Assembly: GCA_964016885.1 (NCBI GenBank)
Contig: OZ024740.1
Coordinates: 5,766,001 to 5,830,000 of the forward strand
From: Eledone cirrhosa
Taxonomy: Eukaryota
DNA length: 64,000 nucleotides
Reading direction: 5' to 3'
How positions within the stretch are numbered: position 1 is the first letter of the stretch; every line of letters starts with the position of its first letter. The notes under the pieces were generated by a model that had not been told where the DNA came from, did no database searches, and was given only the letters and a program-made list of their open reading frames with translations. Positions 38,797 through 51,179 of this stretch are shown here, piece after piece. Position numbers and translations under genes: made by a program.

Positions 38797-38974
38797 AATA
38801 AGATAGATTGAGGGGACAGGCGGGTTGGAATTGGAATATATAAATTAGAATGGATGCAGTAAAAATCAATTAGACCATTACTCACCTGAGTATTCGATAC
38901 TTGGGGAACTAGAGTGGGTAATATGAAAAATTTGGGACCCCGACAGCTGGGGTTCAGCAGTCGGGTCCCAAATT

Positions 38975-39025
<51 letters not shown>

Positions 39026-39385
39026 AGTAACTACAGTTACAGGCAGCCCTCCTTTCCAAGTGTGTATTAGAAAGTCCGTCTCCGTAAGAAGTAGGGACAG
39101 CTTTACGTTTTACTCTTCCATTGTCTTACTTCACATCCATTATACATATTTTGAAGTCATTAAAATATCATTATGTTATAATTATTTAATGCTTTATCGT
39201 AAGACAGGTGTTGAAAATGTGAACAGTGTAAAACTGTTTCTTCTTACTTAATATTGTTACTCCAGATACCATGTATATAATTCCTTTATAGATCCCAATG
39301 ACATGGAGTGCTTATGGCAGATTACACCAGAGTTGATTGCTTAGATCAAAAGACATAGATTATTGAACTGAAACACACACACATA

Positions 39386-39419
<34 letters not shown>

Positions 39420-39933
39420 AACAAGTAAGACCCCGACGGCTGAGCTCAAGCCGTTTCGACGGCTAATTCTGTACTGAATGAAAATTTATTCTGGTATTTA
39501 AATAGCCGAGCTTATCAAGGGGTAATTCCATATATGGTCAAAGAGATAATCACCAGGATTGGTCACATCACAAGTTAGTAGTAAATCTGTGATGGCAAAT
39601 TGGTGGGGGAAGGGGTAGCTAAACATGCCGGTAGGAGAAAAAGGGAGAGGGGTGGAGTAGACCCATTCATGCGTTGGTAGTTCCAGCTACAGCTGGGTGT
39701 GAGGTCAAAGAGGATACTGGGGAGGGGGAGGGGGAGAAGGTCGAAACGGTAAGTAGAACAATGGAGAGTGAAACTATGAAAGGTACTGAGAGAGAGAAAA
39801 AAAAATAAGCAAAGTCTGGTTACTAAGACTTCAGTCTCTCGCTATTGCTAGGCTAAAGAAATACATAAATAAATAAATAAACAAATAAGTGAATAAAAGA
39901 ATAGATAAATAAATTAAAAAAAAAAAAAAAAAA

Positions 39934-39993
<60 letters not shown>

Positions 39994-40356
39994 GTAGAAT
40001 AAAAAAATAAAAAATAATAATAGAAATAAACTAGGTGGGACGGAGATAAAGGGACCCTTATACGAGGTATAAGTGCGTGTATCGTACGGTGACGGGTCAA
40101 CAAGGGGGGGGGGGGGGGGGGGGGCAGAATACTAAAGAGACTACCACGAAATAATAAAGGTTTCTACCCCAATCACAGGGCCAGCAACCACCCAGTGCAA
40201 GAAAGTAAACTAGTACGAGAATATAATTCAGGGTCCGCAAAAAAATACTAGTGCTAACTCTAAGGGTACGGCCACGAAACAAAAAGTCTTATACAAGCTA
40301 CATGAAAGATCGTACGAAGTAAAAGTAAAGAACGGAGAATTAATACAGGAACCCCC

Positions 40357-40387
<31 letters not shown>

Positions 40388-42090
40388 GGGGAAAAGAGGA
40401 AAAAATACTGGATAAACGAGAAATTAAAGCAAAGATGCCACTAAGAAATATAGAAGGCACGGAAAAAAGGGACAGCGGTCGGAGAAGGGGGCGAGTATCC
40501 GAAGTCTAACACCTCTGCTATAAAAAGCGGAGTCAGCCAAATCTATCATAGAATATGGGAGGGGGTGGGGGTGCTGAAGCTACAAGGACCGATGGGCTAC
40601 CTCGGGTGGGCGAGAAAAAGACGACGACAAAGAAAAGGAGCTGGGGTAGAAGGATTAGGGAGGGATGTGGGGAAGGAGGAAATATAGAGGAAACGATAAA
40701 AGAATGTAAAAGAAGATCTTACGTCTCCCTTGGCAAGCAGGGGTTACACATTACAAAATAGGCAAGTGGGGTGTTATAGCCCTAGTCTATCCTCCCCGGG
40801 TCATTATGGGGTTTGAGGGCGAGGTAAGTCCTACGTAATCGGTGTTTACATGCAGTAACCAGTTCATCTTTCTTGTTTAGGAGTTGGTCCGTCGAAAACA
40901 GCATTTGTAATGTTTCCTCCGAGCATAAATTGCACGGACGGCGTCCTCCCGTGTAAGAGTTGGCTCTGGACAGTAATTTCCAAGTGAGATCATAGTTGAT
41001 GTTGTTGTCCTTCAGGTCCCATATGTGGCCCGAAAGTGTAGTGGCGTGACGCCGGGCCGGGTTTCGGAAGGTATGTCTGTGTTGGTATAGCCGGGTCTTG
41101 AAGTCGCATGCGGTTAATCCTATATAAGCTTTGTTGGAGGTGTCCGTGCTCACGTTGCACTGGTAGATCACATTACGGTCTCTGCATCTGTTGTTGAGAG
41201 GGCAACTGGATCTATCAGGACAGTTGCACCTCCTGGTCGGCTCTCCACTGCTATTTAGGTTGTTTCTTCCACCGGGGTTGAGTTTTTTGTTGTTGGAGGA
41301 GACGATGTTTTGTGCGAAGTTAGGTGTAGTGCTGTAAGAGAGTTTGATGGTATTTTTGTTAATTATGTTGTGGTAGCGGTGTTGTGGTGGGAAGTGTTTT
41401 TCAATGAGCCTAAAGAAAATTTTCCCGATGGGCGTTGTGGGGAGGATTGAACCATGTTACATTGCGTGAGCGGCGGTGTCGCCTGCTGGTTCCGCTAATG
41501 GGAGCTGGACAGTAGGATATTTCCTCCCGGAAACCACTCCGCTTGAGGGCCTGGTTGTAGTAAGGCGCATGTTCATCGAATATCTTCTCATTAGCTGACA
41601 AACGGGATATACGGAGGGAGATGTTTTTGACCAGGTTGTTGGTGACGTTCCTAGGATGGTTAGATCGGCGGTGGATGTAGTGCAGGTTGTCATTGGGTTT
41701 CCTGTATGGGTAGTACAGGTCATTATTGAGATCGAGGGTAACGTCCAGGAAATTAACTCGGGTCAGGGACGTTTGTGGGGTTATTTTAAATCCCCAGTCG
41801 CGGAAGAAGCTGATTAATTGTTTACGGACCCGATCTGTACTACTGGTGTTGTACCCTTTAAGGGTAAGGAGCCCATCATCACGGTACAATCCGCCACCGA
41901 AAGCAGGAAACATATCGGTGAGTTTGGCTATAAGGAATAATCCTATAAGATCTGTGACCTCCGCCGAATCCGTAGCGCCCATGCTGACGTCGAAGGGTGA
42001 GTCAGGAGCTCTTTTTATCCATTTGGAGTTGTCAAAGAGTAAGACTGTCTTCCTGGCGTGGAGGATGATTTTTCTTTCCTGGTCGGTGAA
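39420..42090 (-). mobile_element. Penelope-like element (probably Nematis-like), 5'-truncated, with long 3' UTR ending in a family A hammerhead
   Basis: ORF 41410-41982 MGATDSAEV, GLYRDDGL, FLDVTL; linker CNCPDRSSCPLNNRC; ORF 40782-41171 VIYQC...YIGLT...FKTRLYQH...LNKKDE (GIY-YIG). Confidence 0.88.
39430..39523 (-). ncRNA. Type I hammerhead ribozyme, family A (best-preserved copy)
   Basis: Minus strand: ACCCC-TTGATAA-GCTCGGCTA...TAGCCGTC-GAA-ACGGCT(TGAGCTC)AGCCGT-C-GGGGT. U3-A8, G10.1-C11.1, 6-bp stem III, GUC site. Confidence 0.85.
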
Positions 42091-42107
42091 TATATATATA
42101 TATATAT

Positions 42108-42560
42108 CTAGTGCGGGTAAAATTCCCGAGATGCATCGACAAGTTCTCTCCAGCGGTCTCTGTCCCTCATTATCGCTACCATGTCCTGCGTCTCCAACAG
42201 ACCAGTGTCTGTCCTTAGGGCATCAACATACGTTAATCTTGGTCTTCCTCTTCCAGTGTGTCCATGTAGGGGCTCCCACAAGAGCACTGAGTGCAATGTC
42301 AACTCTGGATGCCGGTGAGCATGTCCAGCTAACCTCAGTCTCCTCTGTGTCACTTTTGAGCTGACTTTTGGGAGGCTCCCATACAGCTCTGAGTTTTTCT
42401 TCCTCAGTGTATACCGTTTAATGTTCAGAGCCATCCTCAGCATTCTCGTGTAGAACCCATCCACCATCTGAGTGAGTTTCTTGGTCAGTGTCCAAGTCTC
42501 AGACCCGTACAGCCGCTCAGACTCCACTACAGCAATGTAGAGGCGGATTTTCAGGTCTAT
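42108..42560 (-). mobile_element. 3' fragment of the second RTE-type LINE family
   Basis: LYGSETWTLTK...RRLRLAGHAHRH...GRGRPRLTYVD. Confidence 0.82.
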
Positions 42561-42629
42561 ATGTGTGGCATATATTTATATATACACACACACATACACC
42601 CCCCCCCCCCCCCACACATATATATATAT

Positions 42630-42842
42630 ATGAAATGTATGACCCCGATGGCAGAGCTCAAGCCGTTTTGACGGCTATTTCTGGACGCTAAAAATTATAA
42701 TTTATTCCAGAAATAGCCGTCGAAACGGCTTGAGCTCTGCCGTCGGGGTCATACATTTTCCTATTACCCACTCTACTACCCTAAGTATTGAGTACTCTGG
42801 TGCGTTATGGTCCATCTGGTTCCTTACCTCAACTCCTTCGTT
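42630..42842 (+). mobile_element. Family A pLTR 3' fragment with inverted 5' copy (3' half of hammerhead only)
   Basis: Arms 42633-42685 and 42706-42759 are inverted; the tail is nearly identical to 3017-3152. Confidence 0.7.
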
Positions 42843-42932
42843 ATATATATATATATATAGGAGAAGATAAATTATGTTTCATTTATGTAGATCAAATCAA
42901 TTAACAAATTCTTTTCTTCTTCCTTATTAACT

Positions 42933-43043
42933 TCTGTCTGATGAAGTGCAATAATCAAAACGTAATACATACAAATGAGCATTGCATAATGCAGTCAGCA
43001 CATGTAGACGGTTAAGTAATTGTACAGAAACATATGTTAAAGA
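42933..43043 (+). ncRNA. Type I hammerhead motif with long stem II
   Basis: TCTGT-CTGATGA-A GTGCAAT...ATTGTAC A-GAAAC ATAT GTT-AAAGA, then AATAAA. Confidence 0.6.
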
Positions 43044-43104
43044 TTGAATACACAATAAATTTCTCCTTCTGACCACTACTTCCTGGTTTTCCTAGTACCA
43101 TACT

Positions 43105-43468
<364 letters not shown>

Positions 43469-43739
43469 ATATGTATATATATATATTATTTATTTGCAGG
43501 AAAACCTCTGTGTTCGTTCATCAAAGCATAACAAGGTCTTTGAATTTGAGAGGTGAGTTTTTTATGTTGAGAATCATGTGATCAACATTATCTTGATTTC
43601 TTGATGTTGTTGTTGCTGTTGTGTTTTTATTCCATTGATCTTGAGCTAAGTATGACTGTTACACATCCTCAGTTCTTTTCCTCAATACTTTGAAGCCATG
43701 TGACAACATAACCAACCATCCTTTTAGTATATCTCTCTA

Positions 43740-44701
43740 TAGTGACATACTTTGCAGTGGAGGAGGGTGCGCTGAGAGTATAATAGCTAGAATAAGGATA
43801 GGATGGAAGAAATTTAGAGAACTATTCCCACTGTTGACAACAAAAGGCTTCTCCCTACATACAAAAGGAAGGCTGTATGATGATACTACATGGTAGTGAA
43901 ACATGGGCTGTGACTGTAGAGGACATGTGGTGTTACATGGTAGTGAAACATGGGCTGTGACTGTAGAGAACATGTGGTGCTACATGCTAGCGAAACATGG
44001 GCTGTGACTGTAGAGAACATGTGGTGCTACATGGTAGTGAAACATGAGCTGTGGCTGTAGAGAACATGTGGTGCTACATGGTAGTGAAACATGGACTGTG
44101 ACTGCAGAGAACATGTGGTGCTACATTGTAGTGAAACATGGACTGTGACTGTAGAGAACATGTGGTGCTACATGGGTGAAACATGGACTGTGACTGTAGA
44201 GAACATGTGGTGCTACATGGTAGTGAAACATGGACTGTGACTGTAGAGAACATGTGGTGCTACATGGTAGTGAAACATGGGCTGTGACTGTAAAGAACAT
44301 GCATAGGTTACAGAGAAATGAAGCAACCATGTTTCTTTAGATGTACAATGTAAATGTGAAAGAAAGGCAGAGCTTGGTTGAGTTGAAGGAGAAGCTGGGT
44401 TTAAGAGGAAGCTGGGATGGTGTCAGGAGAGAAGACTGCATTGGTATGGAGACATGTGATGTACATGGACAATGACTGATGGGTGAAGAAATGCCAGGAA
44501 ATCCCAAAGGAAGCCACAATAGAGGACGACCAAGAAAGAGCTGGGCAGAGGTTGTGAGAGCTGACCTCAAATAGCTAAGACTGGCAGAGGAGATCATGAA
44601 GGAATGTGACAAGTGGAGAGATGCCTTGCTAAGAAGGATCTGTCCAACCCATGCTAGCATGGAAAAGCGGACATAAAAATGATGATGATGATGATGATGA
44701 T
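43740..44701 (+). mobile_element. Old RTE copy containing a 47-bp minisatellite
   Basis: GGGCAESIIARIRIGWKKFRELFPLL...RLYD, then the array, then the RTE C-terminus and a (GAT)n tail. Confidence 0.85.
43884..44303 (+). repeat. 47-bp minisatellite, about 9 copies
   Basis: Unit ACATGTGGTGCTACATGGTAGTGAAACATGGGCTGTGACTGTAGAGA; GTGG recurs at 43927, 43974, 44021. Confidence 0.92.
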
Positions 44702-45317
44702 TGTAGTCACTGTTAGTAATCACCATTACTAAGCTAAACAACCTAAAAACCTACCAGCCAACAGTACACCTCTCCGTAGATGTATTGACAACATAGTCAC
44801 AGTTAGTAATTATCATGGCTAAATGCTTTTTTCCTAACCAGATTACTTACATCTGTTTTTTCACAAAATAAAATAGTAGCACATATCAGATTCCATGGAA
44901 GTATTAGTGACATCTGGCATTCTATTTTATCATGACTAATTTATCTGGTACTACCGATAGTGATTTACTATCGAATTCCAAGTAGGCTGACCCTAATAGC
45001 TAAAGGTTAGTTCTATTATTCGTAACCTTTAATTGAGTCATCAGTGAATAGAAAAATACCTTGTCGTATTTAATCCAACACATCCTTAGGAGATCAATAG
45101 AAGTGGGGCACCATTTTATTCAAATTAAATATATTAGTCATCCTCCTATAATTATTTAAGTGCTATAATTATTGTGGCCCCTGGCTCTGGTTTGTTGAAT
45201 CATTAGGGTCCAGATAGACTTTAACTGCTCCCAAATCTTGATGAGAGTACAGTAGGTATATTGTCCCAGGTATGATGTAAATCAAGATAACACACTGTAT
45301 CACATGGCTGCTCTCTA

Positions 45318-45557
45318 AATTACAGGTAGAATATATTTGATAGGCTACTACAGGTAGAAAGAACATGACAATGTCACCATGCTCCCAGGCCTTAATTACA
45401 GGTATAATATATCTGATAGCCTACTACAGGTAGAAAGAGTATGACATGTCACAATACTCCCAGACCTTAATTACAGGTATAATATATCAGATAGGCTACT
45501 ACAGGTAGAAAGGGCATTAGAATGTCACAATGTTCTCAGACCTTAATTACAGGTATA
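45318..45557. repeat. ~76-bp tandem repeat, about 3 copies
   Basis: AATTACAGGTA recurs at 45318, 45394, 45469, 45545. Confidence 0.85.
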
Positions 45558-45574
45558 CTAGAGGCTATTACATA

Positions 45575-45720
45575 ATTTCCATTTATCCAATCTTATTCAC
45601 AAGGCTTCGGTTGACTTAAGGCTCTGGTAAAAGACATTTCTACTAGAAGCCTTATAATGGGATCAAACATAGAATCTAATGATTCTGAAGAAAACTTTTT
45701 AACTCATCTATCCGCGCCTA
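45575..45720 (-). mobile_element. Old SINE remnant
   Basis: CACAAGGCTTCGGTTGAC...AAGACA...GGGATCAAAC resembles the reverse of a tRNA-headed SINE; heavily diverged. Confidence 0.4.
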
Positions 45721-47276
45721 CATCCACTGTTCAACATAAAAAGTTGAAGATCCTATGGATTAATTCCACTAAAGCAATCATTAACTTTAGTGTTGTTATT
45801 GCTGTTGTTGTTACAGCCTTGAGAAATCATTGATTGCCAGTTGGCATTCTATCAAAGAAAATGAAACTATTGTAGTGCTACTGGCCTAGGGGTGAATGAA
45901 ACTGTTGTCATTTCTGTTTACATGACCAAGTTGATGCCAGCGCCATCTGGTAGTACATGATTAAAATAATAATGGAACCAGATTGAAACTGTTTGTTCAC
46001 TTTGGAAACTAATCTTGTGGCAGGAAGTCAAATATTTCAATACAAGCAAATATACAGTTATATATAGTTATATATACAGTTATATATAGTAATATATACA
46101 GTTATATATATAGTTATATATACCGTTATATATAGTTATATATACAGTTATATATAGTTATATATAGTTATATAGAGTTATATATAGTCGTATATACAGT
46201 TATATATATAGTTATATATAGTAATATACAGTTATATATATAGTTATATATACAGTTACATATAGTTATATACAGTTATATATATAGTTATATATACAGT
46301 TATATACACAGTTATATATACAGTTATATATAGTTATATATACAGTTATATATACAGTTATATGCAGCTATCTATACAGTTATATATACAGTTATATACA
46401 GTTATATATAACTATATATATAACTGTATATATAACTATATATAACTGTATATATAGTTATATATAGTTATATACAGTTATATATAAAGTTATATATACA
46501 GTTATATATACATTTATATATACAGTTATATACAGTTATATATATAGTTATATATACAGTTATATATAGTTATATATACAGTTATATAGAGTTATATATA
46601 GTTATATACAGTTATATATATAGTTATATATACAGTTATATACAGTTATATATACAGTTATATATAGTTATATATACAGTTATATATACAGTTATATATA
46701 CAGTTATATATACAGTTATATATAGTTATATATACAGTTATATATACAGATATATATATAGTTATATATACAGTTATATACAGTTATATATACAGTTATA
46801 TATACAGTTATATATAGTTATATATATAGTTATATATATAGTTATATACAGTTATATATAGTTATATATACAGTTATATACAGTTATATAGAGTTATATA
46901 TACAGTTATATAAGCAGTTATATACAGTTATATATACAGTTATATATATAGTTATATACCGTTATATATACAGTTATATATAGTTATATATACAGTTATA
47001 TATACAGTTATATATAGTTATATATACAGTTATATATACAGTTATATATACAGTTATATATACAGTTATATATACAGTTATATATAGTTATATATACAGT
47101 TATATATACAGATATATATAGTTATATAACAACTAGAAATTGATTAACATATAAATAAACATATGAAACAACCACAGGGGATAATTTTTACAAGTGTGTA
47201 AGCACACATAGCTAGGTAGGTAACTAAATAAAGTTGACTAGAACTTCAAAAATAGATACCTTATAGTATGATTAAC

Positions 47277-47369
47277 CTTTCCTGTATATATTCCATTAAA
47301 GAAATATATTTCACCAATTAATCGAATGGTAAACGACGGAGGCCGGTACTTGGATTTTCAACAAGGAAG
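47277..47369 (-). ncRNA. Type I hammerhead ribozyme (U3-A8), inverted copy
   Basis: Reverse complement of 47804-47896 with one stem I mismatch. Confidence 0.78.
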
Positions 47370-47803
47370 AAGTCCAGCGATCTGTGTTTACGCATTAATT
47401 CAAATCAGCGACTGGCCAGTAACGCGTGCTGTATCTACTAAAATACACACATCATACCAGCTTCGTCCCAGTGGCGTGAATAGGGTTATCGACAACTAGA
47501 AACAGCAGTCAAGTCCTTTCAACAGAGTTAGCTCTACAATTAAGGAGCCGTATTTATATATCTATATCCAAAATTAAGATAAATCAAAATGAATTTAATC
47601 TAAATCAAAATTATGGGTGTCATGCCAGAAAGGCATGCGCCATAGCAATCGTAAAATAAGCTCTAAGATTCTAATGAATAGGTCCGAGCATTTTATAACA
47701 ACTAGAAATTGATTAACATATAAATAAACATATGATTTACATATGATTTACATATAAATAAACACTGATTTGAATTAATGCGTAAACACAGATCGCTGGA
47801 CTT

Positions 47804-47896
47804 CTTCCTTGTTGAAAATCCAAGTACCGGCCTCCGTCGTTTACCATTCGATTAATTGGTGAAATATATTTCTTTAATGGAATATATACAGGGAAG
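47804..47896 (+). ncRNA. Type I hammerhead ribozyme (U3-A8)
   Basis: CTTCCTTG-TTGAAAA-TCCAA...TTGGT-GAA-ATATATTTC(TTTAAT)GGAATATAT-A-CAGGGAAG. 8-bp stem I, 9-bp stem III, AUA site (cut after 47888). Confidence 0.82.
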
Positions 47897-49362
47897 GTTA
47901 ATCATACTATAAGGTATCTATTTTTGAAGTTCTAGTTAACTTTATTTAGTTACCTACCTAGCTATGTGTGCTTACACACTTGTAAAAATTATCCCCTGTG
48001 GTTGTTTCATGTTTATTTATATGTTAATCAATTTCTAGTTGTTATAAAATGCTCGGACCTATTCATTAGAATCTTAGAGCTTATTTTACGGGCGATATGG
48101 TGCAAGCCTTTCTGGCATGACACCCATAATTTTGATTTAGATTAATTTTGGATATAGATATATAGTTATATATAGAGTTATATACAGTTATATATACAGT
48201 TATATATATAGTTATATATAGTTATATATACAGTTATATATATAGTTATATATATAGTTATATATATAGTTATATATATAGTTATATATACAGTTATATA
48301 TAGTTATATATACAGTTATATATACAGTTATATATACAGTTATATATACAGTTATATACAGTTATATATACAGTTATATACAGTTATATATACAGTTATA
48401 TAAAGTTATATATACAGTTATATATACAGTTATATATACAGTTATATATAGTTATATATACAGTTATATATACAGTTATATACAGTTATATATACAGTTA
48501 TATATAGTTATATATACAGTTATATATACAGTTATATACAGTTATATATACAGTTATATATAGTTATATATGCAGTTATATATATTATATATACAGTTAT
48601 ATACAGTTATATATATAGTTATATATAGTTATATACAGTTATATATACAGTTATATATACAGTTATATATAGTTATATATACAGTTATATATACAGTTAT
48701 ATATACAGTTATATATACAGTTATATATAGTTATATATACAGTTATATATACAGATATATATATAGTTATATATACAGTTATATACAGTTATATATATAG
48801 TTATATATAGTTATATACAGTTATATATACAGCTATATATAGTTATATATGCAGTTATATATAGTTATATACAGTTATATATACAGTTATATATAGTTAT
48901 ATATACAGTTATATATACAGTTATATACAGTTCTATATACAGTTATATACAGTTATATATACAGTTATATATACAGTTATATATACAGTTAGATATACAG
49001 TTATATATACAGTTATATACAGTTATATATACAGTTATATACAATTATATATACAGTTATATATACAGTTATATATACAGTTATATACAGTTATATACAC
49101 AGTTAGATATAGTTATATATACAGTTATATATAGTTATATATACAGTTATATATACAGTTATATATACAGTTATATACAGTTATATATACAGTTAGATAT
49201 ACAGTTATATTTAGTTATATATACAGTTATATATATAGTTATATATATAGTTATATATACAGTTATATATAGTTATATATACAGTTATATACAGTATATA
49301 GTTATATATATATAGTCATATATACAGTTATATATATACACACACAGAGTTGGATACATGGC

Positions 49363-49394
<32 letters not shown>

Positions 49395-49607
49395 TGTATA
49401 TATACACCCCCTCATATACATATGTATACATATATACACACATATAATTCTAAGTGATCAGTGTTGGTTTATCAAGCAAGCGGCCGACTGTGGTATATAT
49501 ATGTATGTATACACGCGCGTACATGTACACATGTATGTATACACACGCGTACATGTACACATATATATTAGTTAGATTATCCTTCTTGCTCTTGCTCAAC
49601 GAGATGC

Positions 49608-49640
<33 letters not shown>

Positions 49641-50229
49641 CAGATATATATATATATATATATACACATATATATATATATATATACACACACATATATA
49701 TATATACACACGAATATATATATATATATACCCACATATATATATATATATTTATATATATATATACACATATATATGTATATATATACATATATATACA
49801 TATATATATATATACATATATATAAATATGTATATATGTAAGTATATATATAAATGCATATATATAAATATATATAGTTAGATTCAAACATATAATATAC
49901 TAACTGGTGGATCTTCTAATCACATTAACTTCATTCTTCACAAATTATTGACATAAAAAGAAAAGTGTGAAAAGCTTGCGTAGGCGGAAGAAGAGAGAAG
50001 AGTTGGAGTGGGAAATTGGGAAGCTGCGAGAATAAAGAAGTTGTATCTTTAGAAAAATCAGAGAAACCTTCCCTTATAATTGGTAGAGTTTTCTAATCCA
50101 TGGTGTATCAATCAGTTCATTGATTTAGATATTGATCTATGGTAATATTCAATAAACACTTTTATCTTTGAAGTGATCAAGCACAACAAACATAGACTTA
50201 ACAATCAATTCATAAAGATATCGGCAGTG

Positions 50230-50770
50230 GGGGGAGGTTGATGATGGAGGGGGTGATGGTGGTGGTGTTTGTGGTTGTGGTAGTGGTGGTGATGGTGGTG
50301 TTGGTGGTGGTGGTGGCGGCGGTGGTGGTAGTGGTGGTGGTGGCGGTGGTGGTGGCGGTGGTGGTAGTGGTGGTGGTGGTGGTGGTGGTAGTGGTGGTGA
50401 TGGTGGTGTTGGTTGATGGTGGTGGTGGTGGTGGTGGTGGTAGCGGCGGCGGCTGCGGTGGTGGCGGTGATGGTGGTGGTGGTGATGATGGTGGTGGTGG
50501 TGATGGTGGTGGTGGTGATGATGGTGGTGGCGGGGCGGTGGTGGTAGTGGTGGTGGTGGTGTTTGTGGTAGTGGTGGTGATGGTGGTGTTGGTGAAGGTG
50601 GTAGTGGTGGTGGTGGTGTTTGTGGTAGTGGTGGTGATGGTGGTGTTGGTGAAGGTGGTGGTGGTGGTGGGGGGGGGGGGGGGGGGGTGATTATGGTAGT
50701 GGTGATGGTAGTGGTGGTAGTGGTGGTAGTGGTGGTGGTAGTGGTGGTGGTAGTGGTGATGACTGTGATA
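50230..50770. repeat. (GGT)n-type trinucleotide low-complexity tract
   Basis: Directly visible GGT/GAT/GGC runs. Confidence 0.92.
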
Positions 50771-51179
50771 GAAGAAAGGATCAAGTACAGGAGTACAAAA
50801 CTGAAGGACCAAGTTCTGGAAGTGACAGAAACAGTAATAAGATATAAAGTCAAATGAGATGTAGTTGTGTTTTATTAAGGGGGTAAAGAAGGGCAGATCT
50901 GGCTGTGGGAGAACGTAGAGAAAAGGACTATGAAATCCATAAATGAGAGGAAAAGATGGGGAAAAACAAGGATTCTAGGACCACAGAAAAAAAGGATGGG
51001 GAAGGGGAGAGGATAATGGACTCTGAGTCTAGGGCACAGCGGTGTTGTGGCTGTGCATTGCGGACAAAACTGCAAAAGCAATGACCAGCGACACTTGCTG
51101 CATTAGACCCATAACCCTACCTTGTGGGTCTGTTTCCTCAGATAGGCTTCTGATGTTCTGATCTTGGGATCTGGGTACT

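Larger units (their letters stand above)
47128..48160. mobile_element. Non-coding hammerhead element (retrozyme/non-autonomous PLE-like): permuted ~570-bp unit plus inverted copy
   Basis: A 38-nt direct repeat occurs at 47128 and 47697. Segment 47765-48160 is the reverse complement of 47128-47408 plus 47560-47730. Each orientation carries one hammerhead. Confidence 0.7.
46050..49335. repeat. (CAGTTATATATA)-like 10-14-nt simple satellite, interrupted at 47128-48160
   Basis: Directly visible; short inverted patch at about 46410-46450. Confidence 0.92.

Noticed and set aside
50149-50853. Pro/His/Thr-rich ORFs resembling extensin or formin
   Set aside because: Translation of a (GGT)n tract in several frames, with no flanking domain or splice evidence.
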